A DNA stretch of 64,000 nt, taken from positions 42,485-106,484 of the forward strand of contig LSNK01000002.1 of NCBI GenBank assembly GCA_003056085.1, given 5' to 3'. Below the pieces are notes generated by a model. That model did not search any database. It saw nothing but the letters and a program-made list of their open reading frames with translations, and had not been told where the DNA came from. This document shows, in pieces, positions 48,254-57,532 of this stretch (positions are counted from its first letter, which is position 1; each line of letters opens with the position of its first letter). The stretch is from Parcubacteria group bacterium M6-OD1-1 (GTDB lineage: Bacteria > Patescibacteriota > Minisyncoccia > GWC2-36-17 > M10-OD1-4). The position numbers were made by a program, and so were the translations under genes.

Positions 48254-48961
48254 TCATTGAGGCAAATAATAAAAACTTCCTTGCCCTTTTCCGTTTGATC
48301 TTAGAACCACCCCCATATTACATAAACCTTTAAGATCATTTCTTATCGTTCTGTCCGTATAATTTGGGAAAAGCTTCTTTACATCTTTTAGTCTTATTTT
48401 TTCATTTTTTCCTTCTTTGAAAAAATTAATTATCACTTCTTGTCTTTCGTTTATCTTGGTATTTGGTTTTGAATTTTCAAATTTAAAAGTTTTTGGATAG
48501 TTGTTCTTGTTTGTATTTGCACTGCTCTTTTCCTGATGAGGACTGTCGTGGCTTTTTTTTATTTTATCAATCTTAGTCTTTACATCTTTTTCTATAACCT
48601 CCCTCTTGCTTTCGTCGCCTATTTGACTTATTTGGCTTATTTCTAACTTTGATGATATATAAAATTTTATTTTTTTATATTCATTTTTTAAAATTAAAAA
48701 GTTTATTTCTCTTATGTTGCTTGTTTTTTGAGCTAAAGAAAGCAAAGCAATCAACGAGTCAATTGATTTGGTCATACTTTCGTCATAATTATTTTCTGAA
48801 ATATATGCAGTATATTTTGTCAGTATGTCACTTGAGAGATCTTTTATTTTATTTTTCAATAAATTACTCTCCAAAGAAACATCAACAACTTTCCAAACGG
48901 CATGCGTCAGATCTAATGCTTTTTGCCATTTTGAGTTTTCCTCAAAATCAAAGTTATACAT
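48254..48961 (-). CDS. Hypothetical protein with a C-terminal winged-helix HTH (DeoR-like ...DRTIRNDLKGLCNMGVVLRSNGKG)
   Basis: ORF; HTH-like C-terminus. Confidence 0.45.
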   Translation of the reverse strand: MYNFDFEENSKWQKALDLTHAVWKVVDVSLESNLLKNKIKDLSSDILTKYTAYISENNYDESMTKSIDSLIALLSLAQKTSNIREINFLILKNEYKKIKFYISSKLEISQISQIGDESKREVIEKDVKTKIDKIKKSHDSPHQEKSSANTNKNNYPKTFKFENSKPNTKINERQEVIINFFKEGKNEKIRLKDVKKLFPNYTDRTIRNDLKGLCNMGVVLRSNGKGQGSFYYLPQ

Positions 48962-49159
48962 TTTCTGATTTATAATTAATTTGAATTACTAAATGAAAAA
49001 TATTTCAATTATAATAAATTTAAATTAATTACTTTTAAATTAGAGATTAATTTTTAGGGAAATTATATATATTTAGATTTTCCCTATTCAATAAACAAAT
49101 CAAAAACTATTTCCTAATTCTTAAAGTATTGGGAAGTATAGATTATTTATAAGGAAAAA

Positions 49160-49197
49160 TCAATACCCCTCACTTGCGTGCAAGTGAGGGGTATTGA
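49160..49197 (-). terminator. Terminator: 17-bp perfect stem tcaatacccctcacttg-cgtg-caagtgaggggtattga plus T5 on the minus strand
   Basis: Read directly. Confidence 0.6.
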
Positions 49198-49268
49198 TAA
49201 GGAAATTTAATTAGGAAATGAAGTATTTTATCTTTATTTCTTTGAATCTTCTATTTTTTATTTAAAAT

Positions 49269-49994
49269 TTAATAAATAAACTCTTGAATGACATCGGAAG
49301 AAACTGCAAAGACATAACCTTCTGAATTAGCGAAGTTTATTCCCAAGACATTACCGCTTACATCTAAAAGAGGCGTTCCTGATGCCAAGTTAAGATCTTC
49401 TTTGATTGAAGTTTCTATTATGGAGTTGTCTATACTTTTTAAAATTCCCGCATTTACAAAATTAATATTTCCCTTTGACCCATTTTTATTTCCTATTAAA
49501 ATTACCTTATTTCCTAATGATATTTCCGTTATATTTTTAAAGGAAACGACAGGAAAATTTGAAGCATCTGTTTTTAATAAAACCAAACCGCGGTCATCTA
49601 ATTTTTTATAAATTTTAGCGGAAAAAATTTCCCCTTTACGCTGAATGGTTATTTCATCTCCGGGATTTGCCACAACTTCCCTTCTCGTTAAGACAAGTCC
49701 GTCTGAACTAACGATAAAGCCCGTTCCTTCAGATAAAAACTTTTTATTTTTAAAAGTTTTTATAAGCACTAAAGATTCTATGTTTTTTTGAATAATGCTA
49801 TTTAGAATCTCTGACTCTTCTATTTTTATTTCTTCGGTTTTATTTACAATAACTGTTTTGTCCCCTATGCCAAAATCTACTCCGGAAAAAATACTTAAAT
49901 TGGAAATTTTGGGCAATAAAATATTGGAGAATACAACCCCTCCAAAACCGCCTAAAATAAAGATTAAAATTAAATTCAATATATTTTTTTTCAT
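49269..49994 (-). CDS. Membrane-anchored trypsin-like (S1/HtrA-like) protease-domain protein, possibly catalytically degenerate
   Basis: N-terminal TM; SGTPLLDVSGNVLGINFA resembles GNSGGPL...GINTA, but Ser is replaced by Thr. Confidence 0.4.
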   Translation of the reverse strand: MKKNILNLILIFILGGFGGVVFSNILLPKISNLSIFSGVDFGIGDKTVIVNKTEEIKIEESEILNSIIQKNIESLVLIKTFKNKKFLSEGTGFIVSSDGLVLTRREVVANPGDEITIQRKGEIFSAKIYKKLDDRGLVLLKTDASNFPVVSFKNITEISLGNKVILIGNKNGSKGNINFVNAGILKSIDNSIIETSIKEDLNLASGTPLLDVSGNVLGINFANSEGYVFAVSSDVIQEFIY

Positions 49995-50062
49995 AAGATT
50001 TAAAATACAATACTTGTCTTTGAGTTGTAAAGTTAAATATTTAATTTTTCAGTTTAAAACTA

Positions 50063-50767
50063 CTACATTAATAATAGTTTAACTGTAATAAATATTGCAG
50101 TTAAAATCAACAGTAAAAAGGAGAGAACAAAATACATAGACTTTTTAGTTAAGCTTCCTGAGAAGTATCTTATGGTTATATCCCAAATTGTATAATAGAC
50201 AAGAAAAACTATAAACCCTGCAGTTATAAAATTGAAAGGAAGCTTTGAAACCAACCAATAAAATTCCAGCATTACTATTCCTAAAATAATAGAGAAATAA
50301 AAAAGTCTGAGTTTTAAGGAAAATGTTAATTTGAGTACAGCTGAGGATGAGGAAAAAAATAAGGAAAAAGATAATAAAAAAACGAGAGGAAGAATAAGCC
50401 AATAAGGAATTCCGTATAAGGCATGGAAAGTAAATAAAATGGATACGGCTAATATAAATTGGGCAAATGAAATTATTATTAAATGGGATTTTTTAACTTT
50501 TGGATTAAATAAAAGATAAAAGGCCAATGAGGAGATCAATGCGATGAAGTGTTCCGCCTGTTCGCCTCCAACTAAATAAATCAACGGAAATTGAATTATC
50601 GGGATTAAAGAAACTATAGTAACTATAGATGCTTTTTTTATAAAATACCAAGAAACTATTAATGCAAATAAAAAAGTTGGGGCAAAAAACCATAAAAAAT
50701 AACCATCTTTTAAAATAAAGATTTCTGATAAAATAAAAAATATTAAAGCAAGAACTATATTTCGCAT
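50063..50767 (-). CDS. Polytopic membrane protein, unknown function
   Basis: 234 aa, about 7 TM helices. Confidence 0.45.
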   Translation of the reverse strand: MRNIVLALIFFILSEIFILKDGYFLWFFAPTFLFALIVSWYFIKKASIVTIVSLIPIIQFPLIYLVGGEQAEHFIALISSLAFYLLFNPKVKKSHLIIISFAQFILAVSILFTFHALYGIPYWLILPLVFLLSFSLFFSSSSAVLKLTFSLKLRLFYFSIILGIVMLEFYWLVSKLPFNFITAGFIVFLVYYTIWDITIRYFSGSLTKKSMYFVLSFLLLILTAIFITVKLLLM

Positions 50768-50850
50768 TGTTTTATAAATTACTTGGAGCCTGTAAGATGT
50801 GTCTTTTTATAGAATAATTTAAATTGCAAAATTTTATAATTTAAAACTCA

Positions 50851-52020
50851 TTATCTTCTTAAATTTTCTACCGTCTTTTTTAAGATATCCACTGTTTTTT
50901 TAATGTCGTCTTCCGTTGTGCTTCTTCCTAAGGTTATCCTTATACTTGATTTTTTTTCCTCTTCCGGAAGACCTAAAGCGGAAAGCACATGAGACGTTTT
51001 TAAAGCTTTGGAATAGCAGGCGGCACCGGCAGATACTGCAATACCTAAAATATCTAAAGCAACTACAAGATCCTCTCTATCCACACCTAAAAAAGAAACA
51101 TTCAAGTTGTGGTGAATTCTTTTTTTCATACTTCCGTTTATCTTTGAATTTTCAATACTTTTTAAAATTTCTTCTGCAAGCTTATCTCTTAAAAAAGAAA
51201 TTTTTTCTATATTTTTTCTTTCTTTTTCTATAATCTCCAAAGCAGCGCCAACGCCTACTATGGCCGGTATATTTTCGGTTCCCGATCTCACGCCCGCTTC
51301 TTGCTTACTGCCTAAAATTAAAGGTTCTATCTCTGCTCCTTTTTTAACAAATAAAATACCGACACCTTTCGGTCCATAAACTTTATGCCCCGAAATAGTG
51401 AGCATATCTACGCCGAGTTCTTTTGTATCGCAATTTAAAAAGTTTGCAGACTGAGCGGCATCTGTGTGAAATAAAATTTCCTTATTATTTTCCTTATTAA
51501 ATTTCCTTATTAATAAGGAAATTTCCTTAATATTTTGAATAGTCCCTATTTCATTGTTTGCATACATAACAGAAACTAAAGCCGTTTCCTCTTTTAAGAG
51601 ATTTTTTAATTCCTCAAGAAGAACAAAGCCTTCTTTTGATACGGGAATAAAATCAGAAGTAATATAGCCCATCTTTGTATAATATTTTATAGGCTCTAAA
51701 ATAGATTCGTGTTCTATGGAAGATGTAATAATATGAGGAATTGCATTTTTATTTTGCTTTCTTATTTTTCTCATAACACCGACAATAGCAAGGTTGTTTG
51801 CTTCGGTGGCTGAGCCTGTAAAAAAAACTTCTTCTTGGTTGCAACTTAAAAATTTAGAGGCTTTTGTGCGAGCTTCATCTATTGCGGACTGCGCCTCCTG
51901 ACCAAAAAAATGAAGCGAGGAAGCATTGCCGTACTTTTCTGAAAAATACGGCATCATCTTTCTTAAAACTTCTTTAGCTGTCGGTGTAGATGCTGAATTG
52001 TCTAAATAAATTCTTTCCAT
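50851..52020 (-). CDS. iscS: Cysteine desulfurase (class V aminotransferase, IscS/NifS-like)
   Basis: SGHKVYGPKGVGILFVKKG (PLP-Lys), ...SAGAACYS active-site Cys loop. Confidence 0.9.
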   Translation of the reverse strand: MERIYLDNSASTPTAKEVLRKMMPYFSEKYGNASSLHFFGQEAQSAIDEARTKASKFLSCNQEEVFFTGSATEANNLAIVGVMRKIRKQNKNAIPHIITSSIEHESILEPIKYYTKMGYITSDFIPVSKEGFVLLEELKNLLKEETALVSVMYANNEIGTIQNIKEISLLIRKFNKENNKEILFHTDAAQSANFLNCDTKELGVDMLTISGHKVYGPKGVGILFVKKGAEIEPLILGSKQEAGVRSGTENIPAIVGVGAALEIIEKERKNIEKISFLRDKLAEEILKSIENSKINGSMKKRIHHNLNVSFLGVDREDLVVALDILGIAVSAGAACYSKALKTSHVLSALGLPEEEKKSSIRITLGRSTTEDDIKKTVDILKKTVENLRR

Positions 52021-52045
52021 AATAAGATAACTTCTAATGCTTAAA

Positions 52046-52720
52046 TTAGAATAATGAGTAATTTCTGTTTTGTGTATCTTCTTGAGAAATTATAGTTTCT
52101 TTTTCCGGTTCGTTACTTGATTTGTCTGATAAATTATTTTCATTGATTATTGTTTTGCGATTAAAGTCATAATCATAATCCTCCCAATAAACAGGGAAAG
52201 ACAACTTCTCATCACTTCCCTTTTCGTTGTAAAAAAGTTTTTCATATTTTCTGCCGTAATCAAAAAGATCTCTTGTTATTCTAACATCATCTTGGCAATA
52301 ACTTTTTAATTCGTTCATCCTTCCTTCTCTAAAATATTTTATGGCATCAAGTCCGTGCCCACTCTTTTTTACTCCTAATGTTGTCGTTGCTATCGCGTTA
52401 AGCGAAAGCCTATGCCCTAAAACATTAGCAGCGTCTTCCATGATGTCACAGGAAGGTACTTTTTTTAGATCAACCTCTTTAAGATACGGCTGAAGCACCG
52501 CGTAGTCAAAATATTTTGTATTGAATCCAATAACCAAAGCGGAGTCTTTTATCATCTTTTCCAACTCTCCCATATCTTTTTCTTCTATCATAAAAAACTT
52601 ATCTTTTTTATAAGAATATACTCCGGCAACCGAAATTTTTAAAAGATGAGGGTATGCCCTACCCCCAACATCATCAAACGAGTTTTGTGTTTCTAAGTCT
52701 ATAACTAAATAATCTTTCAT
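52046..52720 (-). CDS. DEDD-family 3'-5' exonuclease (RNase H-like fold)
   Basis: VIDLETQN (Exo I DxE), later ...YCQDDVRITRDLF (Exo III-like). Confidence 0.6.
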   Translation of the reverse strand: MKDYLVIDLETQNSFDDVGGRAYPHLLKISVAGVYSYKKDKFFMIEEKDMGELEKMIKDSALVIGFNTKYFDYAVLQPYLKEVDLKKVPSCDIMEDAANVLGHRLSLNAIATTTLGVKKSGHGLDAIKYFREGRMNELKSYCQDDVRITRDLFDYGRKYEKLFYNEKGSDEKLSFPVYWEDYDYDFNRKTIINENNLSDKSSNEPEKETIISQEDTQNRNYSLF

Positions 52721-52730
52721 AAAAAAAATT

Positions 52731-52800
52731 AAGAATTAGGAGTTAAGAATCAAGTACGCCACTATATGTTTTACTTCTCAATTCTTAACTCCTAATTCTT
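52731..52800. repeat. 20-bp perfect inverted repeat aagaattaggagttaagaat ... attcttaactcctaattctt (30-nt spacer) followed by T8 on the minus strand. A terminator-like structure between xseB and the exonuclease gene start.
   Basis: Read directly. Confidence 0.7.
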
Positions 52801-52804
52801 CGTA

Positions 52805-53032
52805 TTACTTATGCTTCTTTTTTATCTCAATAATCTTATTTTCAATCTTTTCTATATATTTTTTACACCCTTCTGCTATTGCAATTCCTTTTTCAAACTT
52901 TTCCAATCCGTCTTCCAAAGACAACTTGCCGGATTCAAATTCTTCCGCTATGTCTTCCAGCTCTTTGTATGATTTTGCAAAATTAAAATTCTTTTCTTTG
53001 GAAGATTTTTTGCTGTTTTTGTTTGTTTTCAT
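52805..53032 (-). CDS. xseB: Exodeoxyribonuclease VII small subunit
   Basis: 75 aa; FEKSYKELEDIAEEFESGKLSLEDGLEKFEKGIAIAEGCKKYIEKIENKI, typical XseB coiled-coil. Confidence 0.75.
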   Translation of the reverse strand: MKTNKNSKKSSKEKNFNFAKSYKELEDIAEEFESGKLSLEDGLEKFEKGIAIAEGCKKYIEKIENKIIEIKKKHK

Positions 53033-53235
53033 AATTTTGTATTTTAAATATTTTCTTTATAACTTTATAATCTACAAATTAATTGTAGTATTTTCTATGA
53101 CATTTATCAACTTTTCAATATTTTATGCAATCTCCAAATAACAATGTTAAACTTTAATATTTTTAAATTACATTTAGATAAATAGATAACTGCCAGATCT
53201 AATTGCTTTGTTGTAAAATTCTAATTTGCCGATGA

Positions 53236-53278
53236 ATTTAACACGATAAAAAGACGACCTCTTTTTATCGTGTTAAAT
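53236..53278. repeat. 18-bp perfect hairpin atttaacacgataaaaag-acgacct-ctttttatcgtgttaaat downstream of the lipase-like gene
   Basis: Read directly; no clean U-run. Confidence 0.5.
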
Positions 53279-53415
53279 CTCCAAAGGCTGCACTTTTAAG
53301 AAATTCTCTTTTAAAAAACTGTTTTTTATTTTGATATTTCTTGCTTTGGTTTATTGATTTGCTTCTTGTTATCACCCTTTTTTATATCTAAAATCAAAAA
53401 CTGTCCAATGACACA

Positions 53416-56268
53416 TCAGAGCAGTTTTAGTTTAGTTTTTGTTTTTTGTATTTTATAAATGGTATTTCTATTTTTTTCTCCATCTTGAGACTTTGTGTAT
53501 TTTAAAATTTTATCAAAGCTTATTGATATTTCAGGAGGTGTTGTATCATAAGTTGTTTCTCCGCTTGGTGATGCCGGAATGCTTTTATCTATAACTCCAT
53601 CATTATTAAAGTCAATCTTAAGTTTTGAGTCCTTTAGATTAAGGTTTGGCGTTATGTTTAAAGTTGCTATTGTTGAGCTTGATGTTGGAATGGCTGAGAA
53701 TGTTGTTGATGCTGTTATTGTGTCACCCTCCAGTCTTTCTATGTCTAAGGAGAAGCTTCCTTGTGAGTAGCCTTCTAATTTTAGATACTGAGCTATATTG
53801 GCATCTGCTATTATGTATTTTGTATCACCTATTTCACGATATCTTGTTCCTGGGATATTTTCTTCAACTTTTCCCGTTGTTTTTGAGATGCCTGTGCGGT
53901 TTCCTTGGTTGTCGTAGAGATTAAGAGTTAGGGGAGAATGAAGTTCGTACTTAATGACTGATTTTGAATTTGATGGTTTTATTATTGAAATATAATCTAA
54001 AACTGAACTGATATTTATTATTTTATTTTTAATTAATTGTCTTAATGGATTAATTTCTAAAATATCTCTATGATTTCTAGGGAAATGAACTCCTTTTGGA
54101 GGATTGAATTTATCTAAATCCACCCACCATCTCTCAACGCCAGCAATATTTTTGTTGCTTAAATAATGAGCGCTATCAGAAACCACTGTTCCGTCTCCGT
54201 TTATTGTTTGGACATCTTTAAGTTTCTTTTTTTGTCCATACTCATCACAAACATAAATTTCTTTAAAAAATCTGACTTCTATATGATAGCTTTTACAATA
54301 AATTTCTGATTCATACTTTAGTCCCGCTGTTGTATATTCTCCCCAACCTGCTATTTCTATCACTTTTGTTTTTTTGTTTGGTATCCATAAATCAAGTTTA
54401 TCATGAAACAAATCGGCAGATGAAAGAAGTGTGTCGTTTGCTTTTTCCGGACTATTTAAATCGCTGTAACTTGGCTTTGTTCTACCCTCTACTCCTAAAA
54501 GATAGCCTGTAAGCTTACTGTTGTCATTCACGTAATTTCCATAATTTGAAACCTCATTTGAATAAAGTCCTGAATTATCAAACCATGCTATTGGTATGTT
54601 TTGTGATATGTTTGTAGTGAAATACTCAGATGACGGCAAAAGATTATAAGCTGTTGGCATATTTTGACTTAGGTATCTTGTTTGTTTTTCGTCGGAAATA
54701 AAACCGGTAAATCCTATGTTGGTTCCATGAAGCAGTGTCGCCACAGCCTCGGGAGTGCCGACTTGCGGTGAAGCGACAAGTATAAGCTTATCTATAAGAT
54801 TTCCTTTCCCCTTAAGCTCTAATCTTCTTGTCAGCTCTTTTGCAATAAGTCCTCCATTTGAATGCCCCACTATTATCACTTTTCCGTTTGCTGAAGAGCT
54901 TGCCATACGCATAAGTTCACTTATTATGTATGGAGTTTCACCTGCTGAAAGATTATTTAAATAACTTATATATCCATCTATATTTTTCTTTCCTTTTGTT
55001 AAAATATCATTTACTGAAAGTCTCCAATCATAGGCGATAACAGAATAATCATTTATAATATTTTCTGTATTTTTCCAAAGATTAAGATTATTTAAAAAAG
55101 AATTATATATGTATGAAACTCCAAAAGCTTTATCAAGTACATCTTTTGTAACAATATTATTTATACTTTTACCATTTGGATCTAAATAAAGCCTCTCATT
55201 ATCGCAGTCTGTAAATGGCAGCCAACGTTTAAAATAACTGTTGCCAAAATCATAAACACAGCCTTTTGTGCTAACTTCATAAAGACGACTTCCTGCAACC
55301 CCCGGCAAAAACATCACATTTGAATACCCTGCTTCAAAACCAAGCTCTCCGGTTTCTGGAAGTCTTATCGTTGTTATTCCGTCTGATGCTTCAAAGTGAT
55401 ATTGATATTTCCCTTTTTGTTTTGTACTTTGATATATGTATTGTTCTTTGTTTGTATAGTTGTTGTCATAAAGCCGAGGAGTTGTTGTTGCGTTTAAGTC
55501 TTTTATCATCGGATAAGTTGAGGTTGATGTTCCGTCGCCTATTATTACATTTATGCTTTGTGGAGCTGTGTTGTTTTGACTTTCATAAACTGCTTTAAAT
55601 GTAAAAATTGTTGAGCTTGCTGTTCCTTTATTTGGTTCTATTCCTTGGCTTGTTTGGTCGTTTTGATAGCCTTGTTCTTGTGAATATGCGAAGGTTGGGA
55701 GTGTTTGATTTGTTAGAACTTCAAAGCTTATCATCCCCCAGTTTGTCGGTGGTTGAATGAATGAATTTAAAGTACCGCCGTTTAAAAACCAGTCTTGTAT
55801 GTTTTGTTGTGTCGGGAAAAGACAAAAATCCCCCAAAAAACCGCAGTCTGCTGAGATCTCGTATACGACAACAAAATATTTCCCGTTTTGCGGGAACGAG
55901 CTTAGAGCACTTGCTGTTCCTGAGTTATCTGTTTTTACAGACAAAACAAGCTGTGAGTTATTTAACTCTCCTTTGTATATCTCTGCATAAACTTCTCCTT
56001 GTATATTTTGAGGATATGTAAAATATGCAGACTTTAAAATATTTAGAGGAATGTTGTTTTGGCTTCCTTCTATTATTTGGACATTGTCAAAAGAAAAAGA
56101 AATACTCCAGTTTGGAGCTGGAGTAAGACCTGGTATTATAACTTGAGCATTTGCCGAATTTGAGAGAATTAAAAAACTAAAGAAAAATGATGCAAAGAGA
56201 ATCGCAAAACATGACTTAAACTGCAGTTTTTTGAAGTTTATATTTTTAATATTTTTACTTACTCTCAT
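53416..56268 (-). CDS. Large (950 aa) secreted alpha/beta-hydrolase (lipase/esterase, GHSNGG nucleophile elbow) with extensive extra domains
   Basis: Signal peptide; VIIVGHSNGGLIAKELTRRL. Confidence 0.65.
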   Translation of the reverse strand: MRVSKNIKNINFKKLQFKSCFAILFASFFFSFLILSNSANAQVIIPGLTPAPNWSISFSFDNVQIIEGSQNNIPLNILKSAYFTYPQNIQGEVYAEIYKGELNNSQLVLSVKTDNSGTASALSSFPQNGKYFVVVYEISADCGFLGDFCLFPTQQNIQDWFLNGGTLNSFIQPPTNWGMISFEVLTNQTLPTFAYSQEQGYQNDQTSQGIEPNKGTASSTIFTFKAVYESQNNTAPQSINVIIGDGTSTSTYPMIKDLNATTTPRLYDNNYTNKEQYIYQSTKQKGKYQYHFEASDGITTIRLPETGELGFEAGYSNVMFLPGVAGSRLYEVSTKGCVYDFGNSYFKRWLPFTDCDNERLYLDPNGKSINNIVTKDVLDKAFGVSYIYNSFLNNLNLWKNTENIINDYSVIAYDWRLSVNDILTKGKKNIDGYISYLNNLSAGETPYIISELMRMASSSANGKVIIVGHSNGGLIAKELTRRLELKGKGNLIDKLILVASPQVGTPEAVATLLHGTNIGFTGFISDEKQTRYLSQNMPTAYNLLPSSEYFTTNISQNIPIAWFDNSGLYSNEVSNYGNYVNDNSKLTGYLLGVEGRTKPSYSDLNSPEKANDTLLSSADLFHDKLDLWIPNKKTKVIEIAGWGEYTTAGLKYESEIYCKSYHIEVRFFKEIYVCDEYGQKKKLKDVQTINGDGTVVSDSAHYLSNKNIAGVERWWVDLDKFNPPKGVHFPRNHRDILEINPLRQLIKNKIINISSVLDYISIIKPSNSKSVIKYELHSPLTLNLYDNQGNRTGISKTTGKVEENIPGTRYREIGDTKYIIADANIAQYLKLEGYSQGSFSLDIERLEGDTITASTTFSAIPTSSSTIATLNITPNLNLKDSKLKIDFNNDGVIDKSIPASPSGETTYDTTPPEISISFDKILKYTKSQDGEKNRNTIYKIQKTKTKLKLL

Positions 56269-56280
56269 TGCTTAATCTTT

Positions 56281-57522
56281 TTAATTTTTGATATCAACTA
56301 CTTTTGATGTAAATTTTCCATCGTATAAATTAACACTTACCAAGTCTTTCTTCTTTATATTTTTTATACTTTTAACAACTTTGCCTTTGACTTTAACTAT
56401 ACTATAACCTCTTTTTAAAATCCCGTTTGGGCTTAAGCTGCACAAAAGTCTTGTAATGTCATTTATTTTTGATTTTTGTATTATAAGTCTTTCCTCAAAG
56501 ATTTTCAAATTATATTTTAAAATCCTGTCTATATTTTCTTTATGAGAATTTATTTTCTCTTCAAAGAACTTAAACCCTGAAAGCAGACGCGCATAAGTAT
56601 TTTTAAAATCATTTATTTTGCTTGATAAAAATCTTTCCAATTCAAAAACAAAACCGTTTATCGTTGCTTTCTTTTCGTTTATTAAATTTTCCATTAAAGA
56701 ATTTATTTTATATATTCTCCCATCTATGTGAGTTAAAATATCTTTTCTTTGCGGGGACACGAGTTCAGCTGCATTTGAAGGAGTTGAGGCTCGTAAATCT
56801 GCGACATAATCCGCCAAAGAGACATCTTGCTCATGACCAACCCCGCAAACCACAGGGACCAAGGAACCAAAAACGGCGTAAGCAACTTCCCGAGAATTAA
56901 AAGATTTTAAATCTTCCAAAGAACCTCCTCCTCTTGTTAAAACTATCAAGTCCAACCCTTCTTTTTCCTTATTAAAATATTTAAATGCCTCAACAATTTC
57001 CGTAATAGAATTTTCCCCTTGAACGGAAACATCATAAAGATAAAGCTTCATTCCTCCAAATCTTTCCGAAAGCACTTTTTTAAAGTCCTTGTATGCTGCC
57101 GATTCTTTTGAGGCAATTATTCCTATTTTATTGGGAAATTTAGGAATTTCCCTTTTACGCGATAAGGAAAAAAGTCCTTCCCTTTTAAGCTCCTCTCGTA
57201 AAAGCTCAAAAGCTCTTTTCAAAGCCCCTTCCCCGGAAGCTTCAGCCCATGCAACATTTAAGCTAAACCTGCCTGACTTTGCATGTATTTTCGGTGTCCC
57301 GTAGAGTCTCACTTGCATGCCGTCTTCCAATGGTGTTTTTAGTTGAAATACGGTGGAAAAACAATCCAATACGGAATCTTCATCTTTTATTTTAAAAAAT
57401 ATCCACTTCCCTTGGCTGACTTTATACTCAGAAATTTCCCCTTCCAAAACAGCAGAATAATTGGAAAGTCCTTCATTTAAAATTTCAATATATTGTGTTG
57501 GAGTAAAAACTTTAAATTGCAT
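56281..57522 (-). CDS. xseA: Exodeoxyribonuclease VII large subunit
   Basis: N-terminal OB fold; VLTRGGGSLEDLKSFNSREVAYAV...PVVCGVGHEQD. Confidence 0.9.
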   Translation of the reverse strand: MQFKVFTPTQYIEILNEGLSNYSAVLEGEISEYKVSQGKWIFFKIKDEDSVLDCFSTVFQLKTPLEDGMQVRLYGTPKIHAKSGRFSLNVAWAEASGEGALKRAFELLREELKREGLFSLSRKREIPKFPNKIGIIASKESAAYKDFKKVLSERFGGMKLYLYDVSVQGENSITEIVEAFKYFNKEKEGLDLIVLTRGGGSLEDLKSFNSREVAYAVFGSLVPVVCGVGHEQDVSLADYVADLRASTPSNAAELVSPQRKDILTHIDGRIYKINSLMENLINEKKATINGFVFELERFLSSKINDFKNTYARLLSGFKFFEEKINSHKENIDRILKYNLKIFEERLIIQKSKINDITRLLCSLSPNGILKRGYSIVKVKGKVVKSIKNIKKKDLVSVNLYDGKFTSKVVDIKN

Positions 57523-57532
57523 TTTGTTTATT

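Noticed and set aside
51474-51536. Repeat element or MITE inserted into the cysteine desulfurase gene
   Set aside because: The TTCCTTATT repeats there encode an in-frame N/K/E-rich stretch that partly corresponds to native IscS sequence (KEISLLIRK aligns to AIGEMCRAR). The most likely explanation is a local tandem codon expansion in AT-rich coding DNA rather than a mobile element, so it is kept only as a note under the motif finding.
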